From positions 1,024,001 to 1,088,000 of the forward strand of contig OZ271854.1 in assembly GCA_965601925.1 (NCBI GenBank): a stretch of DNA of 64,000 nucleotides. Reading direction: 5' to 3'. Shown in pieces: positions 1 through 10,006 of the stretch. The position numbers and the translations under genes were made by a program. The stretch is from Alkalispirochaeta sp. (GTDB taxonomy: Bacteria; Spirochaetota; Spirochaetia; DSM-27196; Alkalispirochaetaceae). Position 1 is the first letter of the stretch; every line of letters begins with the position of its first letter. The notes beneath the pieces were generated by a model that made no database searches, was not told the DNA's origin, and saw only the letters and a list, made by a program, of their open reading frames with translations.

Positions 1-1355
1 ATCTCCTCATACGTCTTTCCCTGTTGTTCCACCCACGTGTAGTACTTGAGATTGTGAACGCGTTTGCGATCCTCGTAGCGTAACTCCAAAAGCGCGTCGG
101 TACCGATCCCGTGCAACATCTCGAAGTCCGCCACGGCGTTGTCCCGGGAGTACGCCCCGCGCTCGGCGGTCAGCTCCTGCAACCGAGAGGTGTACAACGC
201 CTCGGAGTCGGTAAAGACGGTCATCACCACGTCTTCCTCGGTGAGTTCGTAGTACTTTGCAAATTTAATGGCGGTAAGTACGTTACAGATACAGCTGATG
301 CCGAGCGTGTCCAAGGCGTCGACGACCGTCGCGTCGACGCCCCGCTCCTTAAGGTACGCCCGGCCCGCAGGCTCGTTGAAGAGCCGCAACAGTCGCATCG
401 TGTGCTCGTCGTCGACGGCTACCACCATATCGGTGTTCTTCACGTTGTGAATCCACGGCACGTGCTTATCACCGATTCCTTCGATTCGATGGCCGCCGAA
501 ACCGTTTGAGAGGAGCGTAGGACACTGGAGCGCTTCGCTCACCGCGAGCTTTGCATCGGGGTAGATCGTCTTGAGATACTCCCCCGAAGCGGTAGTACCG
601 GCGGAACCGGAGGAAACGCACGTTCCGGCGAAGCGGTCACGCGGCCCCATCACGCGTCGCAGGACCTTCTCCATGGCGTGTCCCGTTACCTCGTGGTGCC
701 ACAGGTGGTTCCCCAACTGGTCGAACTGGTTGAAGATGAAGATGCCCTCCCCGCGCTCGGCGTCCAGTTCGTGGCACTTGTCGAAGATCTCCTTCACGTT
801 ACTCTCACACCCCGGAGTGGCGATCGTCTCGTCGGCCATCTTCTCGAGCCACGCGAAGCGCTCCCGAGACATCTCCTCCGGCAGGATCGCGATCGATTTG
901 CACCCCAACAGGCGTGAGATGTAGGCGCCGCCGCGGCAGTAATTGCCGGTCGAGGGCCATACCGCCATGTTCCGCTCCGGGTCGAACTGGCCGGTCACCA
1001 GCGTCGGGGCCAAGCAGCTGTAGGCCGCGCCGACCTTGTGAGCGCCGGTGGGGAACCATTTTCCCACCAACGCGACGATGCGGGCCTGCACACCGGTAAG
1101 CTCTCGCGGCATCTCGAAATAGTTGACCCCGGCGTACGTACCACCGGACTCCACCGGCTCATTCTCCCACGAGACGCGAAAAAGGTTGCGAGAGTGCACG
1201 TCGTTGAGGCCGATCCCCTTGAGCTCATCCCGTATCGCTGCGGGAATCTCCTCCGGGTGGGCCATCTGCCGGTAGGTCGGGAGCACGATGCCCTGCTTGG
1301 CGCAGAGTTTTGCATTCTTCTCTATCTGGGCGTCATGTTTGGTAAGGTCGATCAT
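1..1355 (-). CDS. PLP-dependent fold-type II (PALP, cysteine-synthase-like) enzyme, large type; 3' end runs off the window
   Basis: Absent from the ORF track (no stop in window). Manual translation from ATG 1355: MIDLTKHDAQIEKNAK...GKWFPTGAHKVGAA (PLP Lys)...WPSTGNYCRGG...SSGSAGT...HRIEGIGDKHVPW. ATGA overlap with the upstream gene's stop. Confidence 0.85.
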   Translation of the reverse strand, partial: MIDLTKHDAQIEKNAKLCAKQGIVLPTYRQMAHPEEIPAAIRDELKGIGLNDVHSRNLFRVSWENEPVESGGTYAGVNYFEMPRELTGVQARIVALVGKWFPTGAHKVGAAYSCLAPTLVTGQFDPERNMAVWPSTGNYCRGGAYISRLLGCKSIAILPEEMSRERFAWLEKMADETIATPGCESNVKEIFDKCHELDAERGEGIFIFNQFDQLGNHLWHHEVTGHAMEKVLRRVMGPRDRFAGTCVSSGSAGTTASGEYLKTIYPDAKLAVSEALQCPTLLSNGFGGHRIEGIGDKHVPWIHNVKNTDMVVAVDDEHTMRLLRLFNEPAGRAYLKERGVDATVVDALDTLGISCICNVLTAIKFAKYYELTEEDVVMTVFTDSEALYTSRLQELTAERGAYSRDNAVADFEMLHGIGTDALLELRYEDRKRVHNLKYYTWVEQQGKTYEE

Positions 1356-2554
1356 GAATCATCTCCGTTCCCTTGCGAAGTCGAGATAGGGTCTGCTCCG
1401 CCCACGGGGAGAGAGACTCCCTTCTTGGCGGAATCGATATCCTTGAGGCCGCTGCCGGTGACGAGGAGCACTACGGTTGAATCCTGCGGCACCTCATCGC
1501 TGAGTTTCAACAGACCGGCGTAGGATGAGGCGGCGGCGGGTTCGCCGAAGAGACCGCACCGCGATGCGAGCTCACGCTGGGCCGTCAAAATCTCGCGGTC
1601 CGAGACGACCACGGTCCGCCCCCGGTGGCGTTGCAGCCGCCCCAAAGCGAACAGTCCGCCCCGCGGGACATCCACCGAGATCGAGTCCGCAATCGTTTTG
1701 GAAGGGACCGGCGGGCCGAATGAGCCTGTGGCCAGGGCGCGAGCGATGGCGGAGGAACCTTCGGCTTGAACGGCGACCACCGTCGGCATCGCGTCGGCCA
1801 GTCCAAAGGTCACCAAGTCTTCGAACCCCTTATAGACGCCGCTGATAATCACGCCGTCGCCGGTAGGGACGAAGACGTAGTCCGGCATGCGGTCTCCCAG
1901 TTGCTTGAAAATCTCCAGCGAGACGGTCTTTTTCCCCTCGATGGTAAGGGGATTGTAGGCGGTATTGCGCGAGAGCCCGCCGTGCCGCTCCGTGTACTCC
2001 AACGATGCGTCATAGGCGACGTCGTAGGTCCCGTCCACCCGGATGAGATCGGCGCCGTACTGCTCGGCCTGAACCATCTTTGCCGGTGGGGCCGAGGCCG
2101 GCAAGTAGAGGCGTACGGCGATGCCGGCTGCGGCGCCGATGCCGGCCATGGAGCTCCCGGCATTTCCCGTGGAGGCGACGACGATGCGGTCGATCCCCTC
2201 GCGCCGGGCGTACGCCGAGACGAGATAGCTTGCCCGATCCTTGAGCGAGCCGGTGGGATTACCCGTCTCGTCCTTGAGGAAGAGCCCGGGACGGCCCAAA
2301 GCCTCTCGCAGCCGCGCGGGTTCCCAAAGCGGCGTATTCCCCACCGGGACCGGGGGAAACCATGTGCGCTCGACCGGCAACAGATCGAAGGCCTCCCATT
2401 CTTTTTCCGGCACGCCGTCCGGCACGACTTCCAAGACGCCCATGAGGGGCCGGTCGGGGGTTTGTAATGCAGAACAGTCGTCGCAAAGCATTCGATCCGG
2501 GGTAATTGGATACTCCCGACCGCACCGGCTGCAGCGATACGAAAAGCGGATCAT
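1352..2554 (-). CDS. Threonine synthase-like PLP enzyme (fold-type II) with N-terminal CxxC..CxxC ribbon
   Basis: GNTPL, DETGNPTGSLKDRAS (PLP Lys), ASTGNAG, VPTGDG, EPAAA, LLVTGSGLKD. Start placed at ATG 2554, which overlaps the ygeY stop (ATGA). Confidence 0.85.
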   Translation of the reverse strand: MIRFSYRCSRCGREYPITPDRMLCDDCSALQTPDRPLMGVLEVVPDGVPEKEWEAFDLLPVERTWFPPVPVGNTPLWEPARLREALGRPGLFLKDETGNPTGSLKDRASYLVSAYARREGIDRIVVASTGNAGSSMAGIGAAAGIAVRLYLPASAPPAKMVQAEQYGADLIRVDGTYDVAYDASLEYTERHGGLSRNTAYNPLTIEGKKTVSLEIFKQLGDRMPDYVFVPTGDGVIISGVYKGFEDLVTFGLADAMPTVVAVQAEGSSAIARALATGSFGPPVPSKTIADSISVDVPRGGLFALGRLQRHRGRTVVVSDREILTAQRELASRCGLFGEPAAASSYAGLLKLSDEVPQDSTVVLLVTGSGLKDIDSAKKGVSLPVGGADPISTSQGNGDDS

Positions 2555-3777
2555 TGCTCCGGGGTATCCTCCAGTGCGTAGGGGAGCATCGCGTAGAAGG
2601 CGCTGCACTTCTCCAGATCGTCTACCCGAGTAATCTCGTTGGGTGCGTGGGCCTGGTCCTCGTCTCCCGGTCCGAATCCTATAGCGGGAATCTTGTGCCG
2701 CCCCGTTGTGGCGACGAGATTTGTGGAAAAGGTCCACTTATCGACCGTGGGTGGTGCGGACCATAGCGCTTCGTACGCACGTTTACCGGCTTGCACGATC
2801 CGGTGATCCTCGGGGATCTTCCACGTCGGGAAGTAGAGCTCTTGGGAGTAATCCGCCTCTTTCCACCCCCGTCGCGTGTAGTCCGGCATCGTTACCTCCA
2901 CCGCCGACTCGCTCTCGCCGATCGCCTCGGCAACGCACTCCTTTACCTGGCGAATCGCGAGGTCGGCATCCTCCCCCCAGGTGAGGCGGCGGTCCAAATA
3001 GAGCATCGCCTGGTCCGGGACGGCGCACTGCGACGGCCCCTTCACATCGATTTGGCTCACGACGATCGTGCCTTTCCCGAGAAAGTTGTCCTCGTCGGGC
3101 GCAAGTTCCGCGTTCAGTTTCTCCAACGCCAGGGCGGCTCGGGCGGCCTTGTACGCCGCGCTCTCTCCTCGCTCCGGTGCCGACCCGTGGGCCGAGACGC
3201 CGGTAAGACGCAGGACCATCTCCATGCGGCCCCGGTGTCCGCGGTAGAGGCGGCACGAGGTCGGCTCCGTCGAAACGACGAAATCGGGCTTGAGCCCCTC
3301 CTCCTCGATGAGGTACTTCCAACACATCCCGTCGCAATCCTCTTCCATAACGGTAAAGGTGAAGTACACCGAATACTCACCCGCATAGTCGAGGTCTTTG
3401 AGTATCCGCCCGGCGGTGATCATCGCCGCCGCACCGCCTTTTTGGTCGGAGGTGCCGCGACCGTGGACCAACCCGTCGGCGATCTCGCCCGAAAAGGGGT
3501 CCTTCTTCCATTGCGCCGGGTCGCCTACCTCTACGGTGTCGACGTGGCCGTCGAAGGCGAGCTTCTTCGGTCCCGATCCGATACGGGCGACGACGCTTCC
3601 CAAGCCGTCGATACGTACCTCGTCGAAGCCGTAGGACTCGCACATCTCCTTGATCCGCAGGCAGACGTCTTTTTCGGCGGCGCTGTAGGACTTGATACGT
3701 ACCAACTCGCTCAGTACACCGGCGGTCTCATCGCGATACTGCTGCGCCTTTTGTACAATGTCTTGTGCTTTACTCAT
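2551..3777 (-). CDS. ygeY: YgeY family M20 metallo-hydrolase
   Basis: FDGHVDTV, GRGTSDQKGG, VMEEDCDG, STEPT, GHRGRME, AHAPNE; sits next to ssnA and ygfK. Confidence 0.9.
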   Translation of the reverse strand: MSKAQDIVQKAQQYRDETAGVLSELVRIKSYSAAEKDVCLRIKEMCESYGFDEVRIDGLGSVVARIGSGPKKLAFDGHVDTVEVGDPAQWKKDPFSGEIADGLVHGRGTSDQKGGAAAMITAGRILKDLDYAGEYSVYFTFTVMEEDCDGMCWKYLIEEEGLKPDFVVSTEPTSCRLYRGHRGRMEMVLRLTGVSAHGSAPERGESAAYKAARAALALEKLNAELAPDEDNFLGKGTIVVSQIDVKGPSQCAVPDQAMLYLDRRLTWGEDADLAIRQVKECVAEAIGESESAVEVTMPDYTRRGWKEADYSQELYFPTWKIPEDHRIVQAGKRAYEALWSAPPTVDKWTFSTNLVATTGRHKIPAIGFGPGDEDQAHAPNEITRVDDLEKCSAFYAMLPYALEDTPEQ

Positions 3778-3825
3778 GGTGTTCCCTTTCCGTAGCGTCA
3801 GGCCTTTCGGGTTGTCGCGTCCGCG

Positions 3826-5151
3826 CTACGCCTCGATAGTCTTCATCCGTTCCCACAAGCGCACCGCTTGACCACGCGCCTCGCGGTAGATTGCCTCTGT
3901 ATCCGCGGAGAGTCGCCGGTCGCGCATTACGATACGCCCCTCGATCATCACCGTCTCCACGATCTCCGCCCCCATGCCGAAGACCATGTGCCCCGCGATG
4001 TTCTCCGCAACCAAGGGCGTCGGACTCGCGTAGGTCGCGACGACCAAATCCGCCGCATACTCAGGCTCCAAGCGCCCGAAAGAACGGCCGAATATGCGTC
4101 GCAGAATCTCGTTTCCCGACGCCAGGGCCTGCAAAAAATCTCCCGGTCCCAAGGAGCCGCCGGCGTCGCGATGTTTAAAATAGGCGCTCTTCAACTCGGT
4201 AAACATGTCGCCACCGATACCGTCGGTGCCGAGAGCGAAGTGTTTGAACTCCGGCAGACGGTGGTTGTACCCCACGTTGTTGTTCATGTTGGATCGACAG
4301 CTGTGCAGAAGAAAACCGTCGTGTCCGTTGAGAAGCTCGACTTCGGCGGCGCCCAGATGGGTGCCGTGGGCGACGAGACACTTCCCGTCTATGAGGTCGA
4401 AGTCCGCCAGGCGCGGAATCAAATCCTTACCGTAGGTGATATGCGAGTAGGAGGCGTCGTAAAGATCCTCCGCCACGTGTACATGGAATCCTCGCCCCGT
4501 CTCTTCGCACGCGTCGGCGACCATCTTCAGTCCGTTATCCGGCAGGGTCGCCGGTGCATGTCCACCGATGAGTGCCTCGGTGAGGCCCGACCAGGAGCCG
4601 GCGGTGCGCTCCTCGTCGATGCGCTTCGCAAAAGCGATGTTCTCCGCTACTCCCGCGCGCATCCCCGCCTCTCCGTGACGGTCGGTCACCTCGTAGCAGG
4701 TGACGCCCCGGAGACCCGCCTCCTCAAAGGCTCGTTGTATCGTCGCGAGGGATCCGGTAATGAAGTTAGGCGACGCGTTGTGGTCGACTACCGCCGTGGT
4801 ACCGCAGCGAATCGCGTCCAATGAGCAAACGAGGGCGGCGGAGTAGAGACTCTCCTCGTCCAGCGCGCGATCCATGCGCCACCATAGATTTTTTAGGATC
4901 GAAACGAAGTCCGGCGTGGGGCCGATCTCCACGAGCATCCCCCGGGCGAGGCCGGAGTAGTAGTGGTGGTGACTGCAGACGAGGCCGGGAAAAATCACCT
5001 TGCCGCCGGCGTCGACTACGGTCGCTCCGCCTTCGACCGAAATGTTCGCTCCGACCTCTTTGATCGCCGCCCCATCCACCAGAAGATCGTAACCCTCCCG
5101 TACTCGCGGCGGATCGAAGTCGACAAGGGTAGCGTTCTTAAAGAGAATCAT
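3826..5151 (-). CDS. ssnA: Putative aminohydrolase SsnA (amidohydrolase superfamily)
   Basis: SHHHYYSGLARG, LWWRMDRALD, HVHVAED, RSNMNNNVG, LGTDGIG; coupled to ygfK. Confidence 0.9.
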   Translation of the reverse strand: MILFKNATLVDFDPPRVREGYDLLVDGAAIKEVGANISVEGGATVVDAGGKVIFPGLVCSHHHYYSGLARGMLVEIGPTPDFVSILKNLWWRMDRALDEESLYSAALVCSLDAIRCGTTAVVDHNASPNFITGSLATIQRAFEEAGLRGVTCYEVTDRHGEAGMRAGVAENIAFAKRIDEERTAGSWSGLTEALIGGHAPATLPDNGLKMVADACEETGRGFHVHVAEDLYDASYSHITYGKDLIPRLADFDLIDGKCLVAHGTHLGAAEVELLNGHDGFLLHSCRSNMNNNVGYNHRLPEFKHFALGTDGIGGDMFTELKSAYFKHRDAGGSLGPGDFLQALASGNEILRRIFGRSFGRLEPEYAADLVVATYASPTPLVAENIAGHMVFGMGAEIVETVMIEGRIVMRDRRLSADTEAIYREARGQAVRLWERMKTIEA

Positions 5152-8100
5152 CGCGGCACTCCCGATATCGTCGGCTCCACGGGCCCGAACAGGTGAGGGC
5201 GACGCATACGCACCAACTCGAAGAGGCGAAAGAAGCGCGCCTCGTCGTCTTCACCCCGAGCCGCGGCGGCGACCTCGGCGGTGGTGAGGGTGCGCTCCGT
5301 TCCGGCGAAGCGCACCGTGACCGTGTCGCCCTTCAAGAGCCATCCCTGGTTGGTGCTCTGTGCGAAGTCCTCGGCAGTGCTGAACACCGTCGGCTTGTCG
5401 CGATACGGCAGCCCCTCCCACGGACAAAAGTGCCCGCAGTTGCCGCATTCGTTGCAGTACGCGTCGATGTGGACGATCTCGTACGGATTGTCGAAGAGCT
5501 CTTCATCGGCCACCGGCAGGGCGATATTGGCGCGATTGGGGCAGACGTCGACGCACTTATTGCAGACGAAGTCGCACTCCAGGCAGCGCGACCGCTCCAC
5601 GGCCCCGAAGCGGGCGGGCTCGTAATCGGAACGTGCGTCCGGCTTGGCAACGATCCGGCGCCGCTTGTCGGCGATGTGCGCCGCGCGCTCCTCGGCGTCG
5701 AGACGGGGCACGACTTCCGATCGCACCCAATCCGGCTCCACTCTGCGACAGATGGCGTCGGCGGCGCGGCGTCCCTCGGCGATGCAGTTGACGATGGTTG
5801 AGGCGCCGGTACGGCTGTCGCCGATGAGGAAGACGTTCTCAATCTCCGTCTCGCCGCCCTCCGACGTTGGGACGCCCCCCCGCTCGTCTGGGTGGAGGCC
5901 GAGATCTCGGAGCGAGACGACGTCCGGATCGTCGCCGATGGCGTAGACCACGCTGTCGGCACGAATCTCTTCGGTCGCGTCGGTGGGCACGGGACGACGG
6001 CGCCCCGAGGCGTCCGCCTCGCCCAAGGTCATGACGCGTACGGTAAGTGTTCCATCGTCGTTCAGCCGCTCAGGGCTGCGAAGCCAGCGAAACGCGACGT
6101 CGTCCTCCCGGGCAAACTCATACTCCTCACGGCTCGCCGGCATCTGTTCGAAAGCGCGACGGTAGACGATTGAGGCGCCCTCGACGCCGGGGCATCGTAG
6201 GGCCGCGCGGGCGCAATCCATCGCGGTGTCGCCGGCGCCGATCACGACGACCTCTTTACCCATCTCAAGCGTCGTCGCGTCGCGGTTGTACTGCAAAAGG
6301 AACGGGAGCGACGGATGGATGCGCGAGGAGTCCCCGCCGATCGGCAGATTCCTGGTTTGGTAGGTCCCCAGGCCCAGAACGACAAACTCGAAGCCCTTCT
6401 CTTTGAGTTCGTTCACGCTGATGCCGTGGGTGACGCCGAAGTGGAACTCGACGCCCATATCGCGGATAACTCCGACATCGCTATCGATCGCCTCACGGGC
6501 GATGCGAAAGTGCGGGACAACGTTGCGTACGACGCCTCCGGCGTCACGCTCCCGCTCAAAGACCGAGACGGCAAATCCCTCGCGGGCGAGAAAGTACGCC
6601 GCCGAGAGTCCCGCCGGACCGGCACCGACGACCGCCACCTTCTCGGACCGCACCGGGCCGGGGTGTCGTTGCGGACGATACGCGTCGATCCCTTTCAAGA
6701 CCGCCAGTCGCTTGACCTCACGGATGTTGAGGCAGCCTTCGTAGTCGAGGCGTGTGCAGACCAACTGACATTTATGGTCGCAGATATGGCCCGTGATCGA
6801 AGGGAGGGCGTTGCGTTCGTAGATGCACTCCAACGCCTCGTCGTAGCGCTCTTCCCCGACCAGGCGGATGTACTCCGGTATGTGCTGCCGAATCGCGCAG
6901 GCGGTGACGCACGGCGCCTCGTAGCAGTCGAACAGCGGTAGCGCTCCCGGAACGGCGACCTCGTCGGTGCCGCGAAACTCCTTGTGGAGGCTTCTCTCGG
7001 TATAGGAGCTCCGGGCGAGCGCGGCCAGCGCCGCAACGTCGATTCGACTCATCTCCCGGTCGTCGACGGCGTCCAACGCCTCGGCGATCTGCACTTGCCG
7101 GAGGTAGCCGCCGGGCTTCAACAGATCGGTGGCGAGCGTGACGGGGCGGATGCCGGTCTTGAAGACCGCTTGCGCGTTGTGAACGGTAATCCCTCCGGAG
7201 AAGGAGATCGGCAGCTCCCCGTCGAACGCCTCGGCGAGCCGGGAGGCGACGGTAATGGAGAGGGGAAAGAGTGCGCGCCCCGAAAGGTACATCTCGCCGC
7301 CGGGGAGCTCCGTGCGATTGTTCTTGGTCGCGAGGGTGTTGGTCAGCTTCACACCGAAACACCTACCGTGATCCGCCGCGACGGCTCGTAATCGTGCGAG
7401 GATCTCCAGAGCCTGTGGATACTGCAGGTCGTGCGCGAATCCCTCGGCGTCCAACGCGACGTAGCCGAAGCCGAGACCGGAAAGAATCGACGTCACGGTA
7501 TCGTAACCCAGAAGCGTAGGGTTAAGCTTTACATACGTGTCCAGCCCCTGATCGACGAGCATATGGGACGAGATCGCCTCGATCTCGTCCGGCGGACACC
7601 CGTGCATCGTCGAAAGAGTGACGGAGCGGCACATTCGCCCGGTCACGGTAAAAGCCTCGAATACCTTCGCTTTCTCCTCTAAACCGGTGCCGGCCAGGAG
7701 CGCCGGCATAACGGTGCGCACCTCACCGATCCACCGCGCAAAGAGCGCCTCTGCGGAAGAGTCCTTCATGCGGTTGATGTAGCGCTGCATCGCTTCGGTG
7801 CGTATCCCGGCCATGTCGTAGCCGACACTCATATTGAAGATGAAAGAACGCTCCAAGCCGGAAGCCTTCATATCGAAGAGCTCCTCGACGACGTGGAGCA
7901 GAATCCACGCCTTGGCGTACTCCCGCCACGCCTCCTCCAAGGAAAGCTCCGTGGACCACTCGGTGTTGTATCCCTCGTCGTAGGCGTCGATACACGGCTT
8001 CTCAATCTCAAGAGCGTCGAGGATCTGGACCGTTTTTAGTTCGATGAAGCGGCTACCGGTGAGATACGAGCACACGATATTGGACGCCAACTGCGTGTGT

Positions 8101-8282
8101 GGGCCGGCGGCCGGGCCTAAGGGTATCTCGCACGATTCGTTTAGAATGCGAACGGTGCGCGCGTCGGTTCGGCGGTACCAGGAGTCCTGAGGAATATCGA
8201 ATATCGACCGCTGTTCGCGATACTCCTCAAGCATGCGCCTCAGGAGTTCGCCTAACGGTACGAGCCTCATGTTGTCACCCAT
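5148..8282 (-). CDS. ygfK: YgfK-family Fe-S flavo-oxidoreductase ('putative selenate reductase subunit')
   Basis: GPAAGPHTQL, KPCID..DEGYNTEWSTEL, TLSTMHGCPPDEIE, GAGPAG and GAGDTAMD Rossmann motifs, C-terminal CxxCxxxCxxCVDVCPNRAN and CNECGNC clusters. Start ATG 8282 follows AAGGAG. Confidence 0.93.
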   Translation of the reverse strand: MGDNMRLVPLGELLRRMLEEYREQRSIFDIPQDSWYRRTDARTVRILNESCEIPLGPAAGPHTQLASNIVCSYLTGSRFIELKTVQILDALEIEKPCIDAYDEGYNTEWSTELSLEEAWREYAKAWILLHVVEELFDMKASGLERSFIFNMSVGYDMAGIRTEAMQRYINRMKDSSAEALFARWIGEVRTVMPALLAGTGLEEKAKVFEAFTVTGRMCRSVTLSTMHGCPPDEIEAISSHMLVDQGLDTYVKLNPTLLGYDTVTSILSGLGFGYVALDAEGFAHDLQYPQALEILARLRAVAADHGRCFGVKLTNTLATKNNRTELPGGEMYLSGRALFPLSITVASRLAEAFDGELPISFSGGITVHNAQAVFKTGIRPVTLATDLLKPGGYLRQVQIAEALDAVDDREMSRIDVAALAALARSSYTERSLHKEFRGTDEVAVPGALPLFDCYEAPCVTACAIRQHIPEYIRLVGEERYDEALECIYERNALPSITGHICDHKCQLVCTRLDYEGCLNIREVKRLAVLKGIDAYRPQRHPGPVRSEKVAVVGAGPAGLSAAYFLAREGFAVSVFERERDAGGVVRNVVPHFRIAREAIDSDVGVIRDMGVEFHFGVTHGISVNELKEKGFEFVVLGLGTYQTRNLPIGGDSSRIHPSLPFLLQYNRDATTLEMGKEVVVIGAGDTAMDCARAALRCPGVEGASIVYRRAFEQMPASREEYEFAREDDVAFRWLRSPERLNDDGTLTVRVMTLGEADASGRRRPVPTDATEEIRADSVVYAIGDDPDVVSLRDLGLHPDERGGVPTSEGGETEIENVFLIGDSRTGASTIVNCIAEGRRAADAICRRVEPDWVRSEVVPRLDAEERAAHIADKRRRIVAKPDARSDYEPARFGAVERSRCLECDFVCNKCVDVCPNRANIALPVADEELFDNPYEIVHIDAYCNECGNCGHFCPWEGLPYRDKPTVFSTAEDFAQSTNQGWLLKGDTVTVRFAGTERTLTTAEVAAAARGEDDEARFFRLFELVRMRRPHLFGPVEPTISGVPR

Positions 8283-8504
8283 CGAGCCACTCCTTGCCCG
8301 CGGCACCCCCGGGCAACGCTATCGCTTCCACGGGAACGACCGGACGGTCGGTCCATCGGCCGACAAAAAAAGAAAGGTTGAGTTTAGGTTAATATCAAAA
8401 GCCGTGCGCTCTCGCGTTTTGTAGCTTTGAGATTATCCTACGTCCACCGACGGCGGCCGTCAAGACGACCGTCGAGTGGATATTATCTCAGTCGCACACC
8501 TATT

Positions 8505-9797
8505 CTAACCGATGAAGAAGTGCAGCACGAACACCGCGGCCACCACATAGGTCGCGACCCCCACTTCCTTGGCCCTACCGCTCAAGACCTTCAGAATCAC
8601 GTAGGATGTCAGGCCCCACACAATGCCTTCGGCTATGCTGTAGGCCAAGGGCATCATCACCATGGCCAAAAAGGCCGGTACGGACTCGGTAATCTCCGAA
8701 AAGTCGATCTCCCGGACAGGGCTCATCATGAAAACGCCCACCAGAATCAACGCCGGAGCGGTCGCGGCGCCGGGAACGAGGAGAAAGAGGGGACTCAAAA
8801 AGAGAGCGAGAAGAAACATGCCCGCGGTAGTGAGGGATGTCAGGCCGGTGCGGCCGCCCTCCTCGACACCGGCGGCGCTCTCGACGTAGGTGGTAACCGT
8901 CGATGTGCCGAGCATGGCGCCGACGGTGGTTCCTACCGCATCGGCAAAGAGCGCCTGTTTTGCCCGAGGAATCGAACCGTCCTCACGCAGGATACCGGCC
9001 TTTGTGGAGACACCGATCAAAGTTCCTACGGTGTCGAACATGTCGACAAAGAGAAAGGTGAACAGGACGATCACCATGTCGATGGTGAATATTCGGCTGA
9101 ACTCGAACTGCAGAAAGATAGGTGCCAAAGAGGGCGGCGCCGCCACGAGTCGGAATCCGGTAAGGTTGGTGACTCCCATAGGAATACCGATGATCGTAGA
9201 CCCGAGGATTCCCCACAGAAGCGCGCCGCGAACCTTGAAGGCGATCATGACGCCGGTGATGATCAGGCCGATGACGGCCAGAAGGGCGTTCGGATTTCCC
9301 AACGAGCCGAGCCCCACCAGAGTCGCATCGTTATTCACGATGATTCCGGCGTTCTGCATGCCGATAAAGGCGATAAAGAGCCCGATACCGACGGAAATCG
9401 CGCGCTTGATATTCATCGGAATCAGATTGATGATCGCTTCACGAATATTGAAGAAGGTCAAAATGAGAAAGATGATACCTTCGAGAAACACTGCGGTGAG
9501 CGCAAACTGCCAGCTATAGCCCATGCCGAGGACGACGGCGAAGGCGAAGAACGCATTGAGTCCCATACCGGGAGCCAACGCAAAGGGAAGCTTGGCAACC
9601 AAGGCCATCACCACCGTGGCAATGAGGGAGGCCAGAGCCGTGGCCGTAAAGACCGAGTCCGCCGGCATCCCCGCAGCCGAGAGAATGCTCGGGTTGACCG
9701 CGAGAATGTAGGCCATAGTCAAAAAGGTGGTGATTCCGGCGATAACCTCGGTTCGAACCGACGTGTTATGCTCTTTGAGTTGAAAAAAACGTTCCAT
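8505..9797 (-). CDS. NCS2 family, AzgA/PbuG-type adenine/guanine/hypoxanthine permease
   Basis: TEVIAGITTFLTMAYILAVNP, LAPGMGLNAFF, DMFDTVGTL, TTYVESAAGV..GGRTGLT. Alternative in-frame GTG start at 9854 with AAGGAGG upstream. Confidence 0.9.
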   Translation of the reverse strand: MERFFQLKEHNTSVRTEVIAGITTFLTMAYILAVNPSILSAAGMPADSVFTATALASLIATVVMALVAKLPFALAPGMGLNAFFAFAVVLGMGYSWQFALTAVFLEGIIFLILTFFNIREAIINLIPMNIKRAISVGIGLFIAFIGMQNAGIIVNNDATLVGLGSLGNPNALLAVIGLIITGVMIAFKVRGALLWGILGSTIIGIPMGVTNLTGFRLVAAPPSLAPIFLQFEFSRIFTIDMVIVLFTFLFVDMFDTVGTLIGVSTKAGILREDGSIPRAKQALFADAVGTTVGAMLGTSTVTTYVESAAGVEEGGRTGLTSLTTAGMFLLALFLSPLFLLVPGAATAPALILVGVFMMSPVREIDFSEITESVPAFLAMVMMPLAYSIAEGIVWGLTSYVILKVLSGRAKEVGVATYVVAAVFVLHFFIG

Positions 9798-10006
9798 CTT
9801 TACTTCCCCTTGAGCTGAATAGTGATGACCCCCGCCCCGGGACGAACAGTTCACTCAGTGTAAACCTCCTTTTCTTTGGGCGCAACTTAAAACCTTCGCT
9901 CTTCAAATAAGCAAACGACGAAAATGGCGCCTCAAAAATGGGCATATTCAAACCTTTTCCTTGCTCGGTGATTCTCGCGGGGCTATTCTGAACGTGGGGG
10001 TACCGC

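Noticed and set aside
8395..8411. Sigma54 promoter for ygfK (minus strand AGCGCACGGCTTTTGAT)
   Set aside because: Lacks the invariant -24 GG and -12 GC; no enhancer-binding protein gene in the window.
9798..10006. Purine riboswitch upstream of the NCS2 permease or adenine deaminase
   Set aside because: The conserved aptamer core (ATATGG...GTTTCTACC...CCGTAAA) is not visible on either strand.
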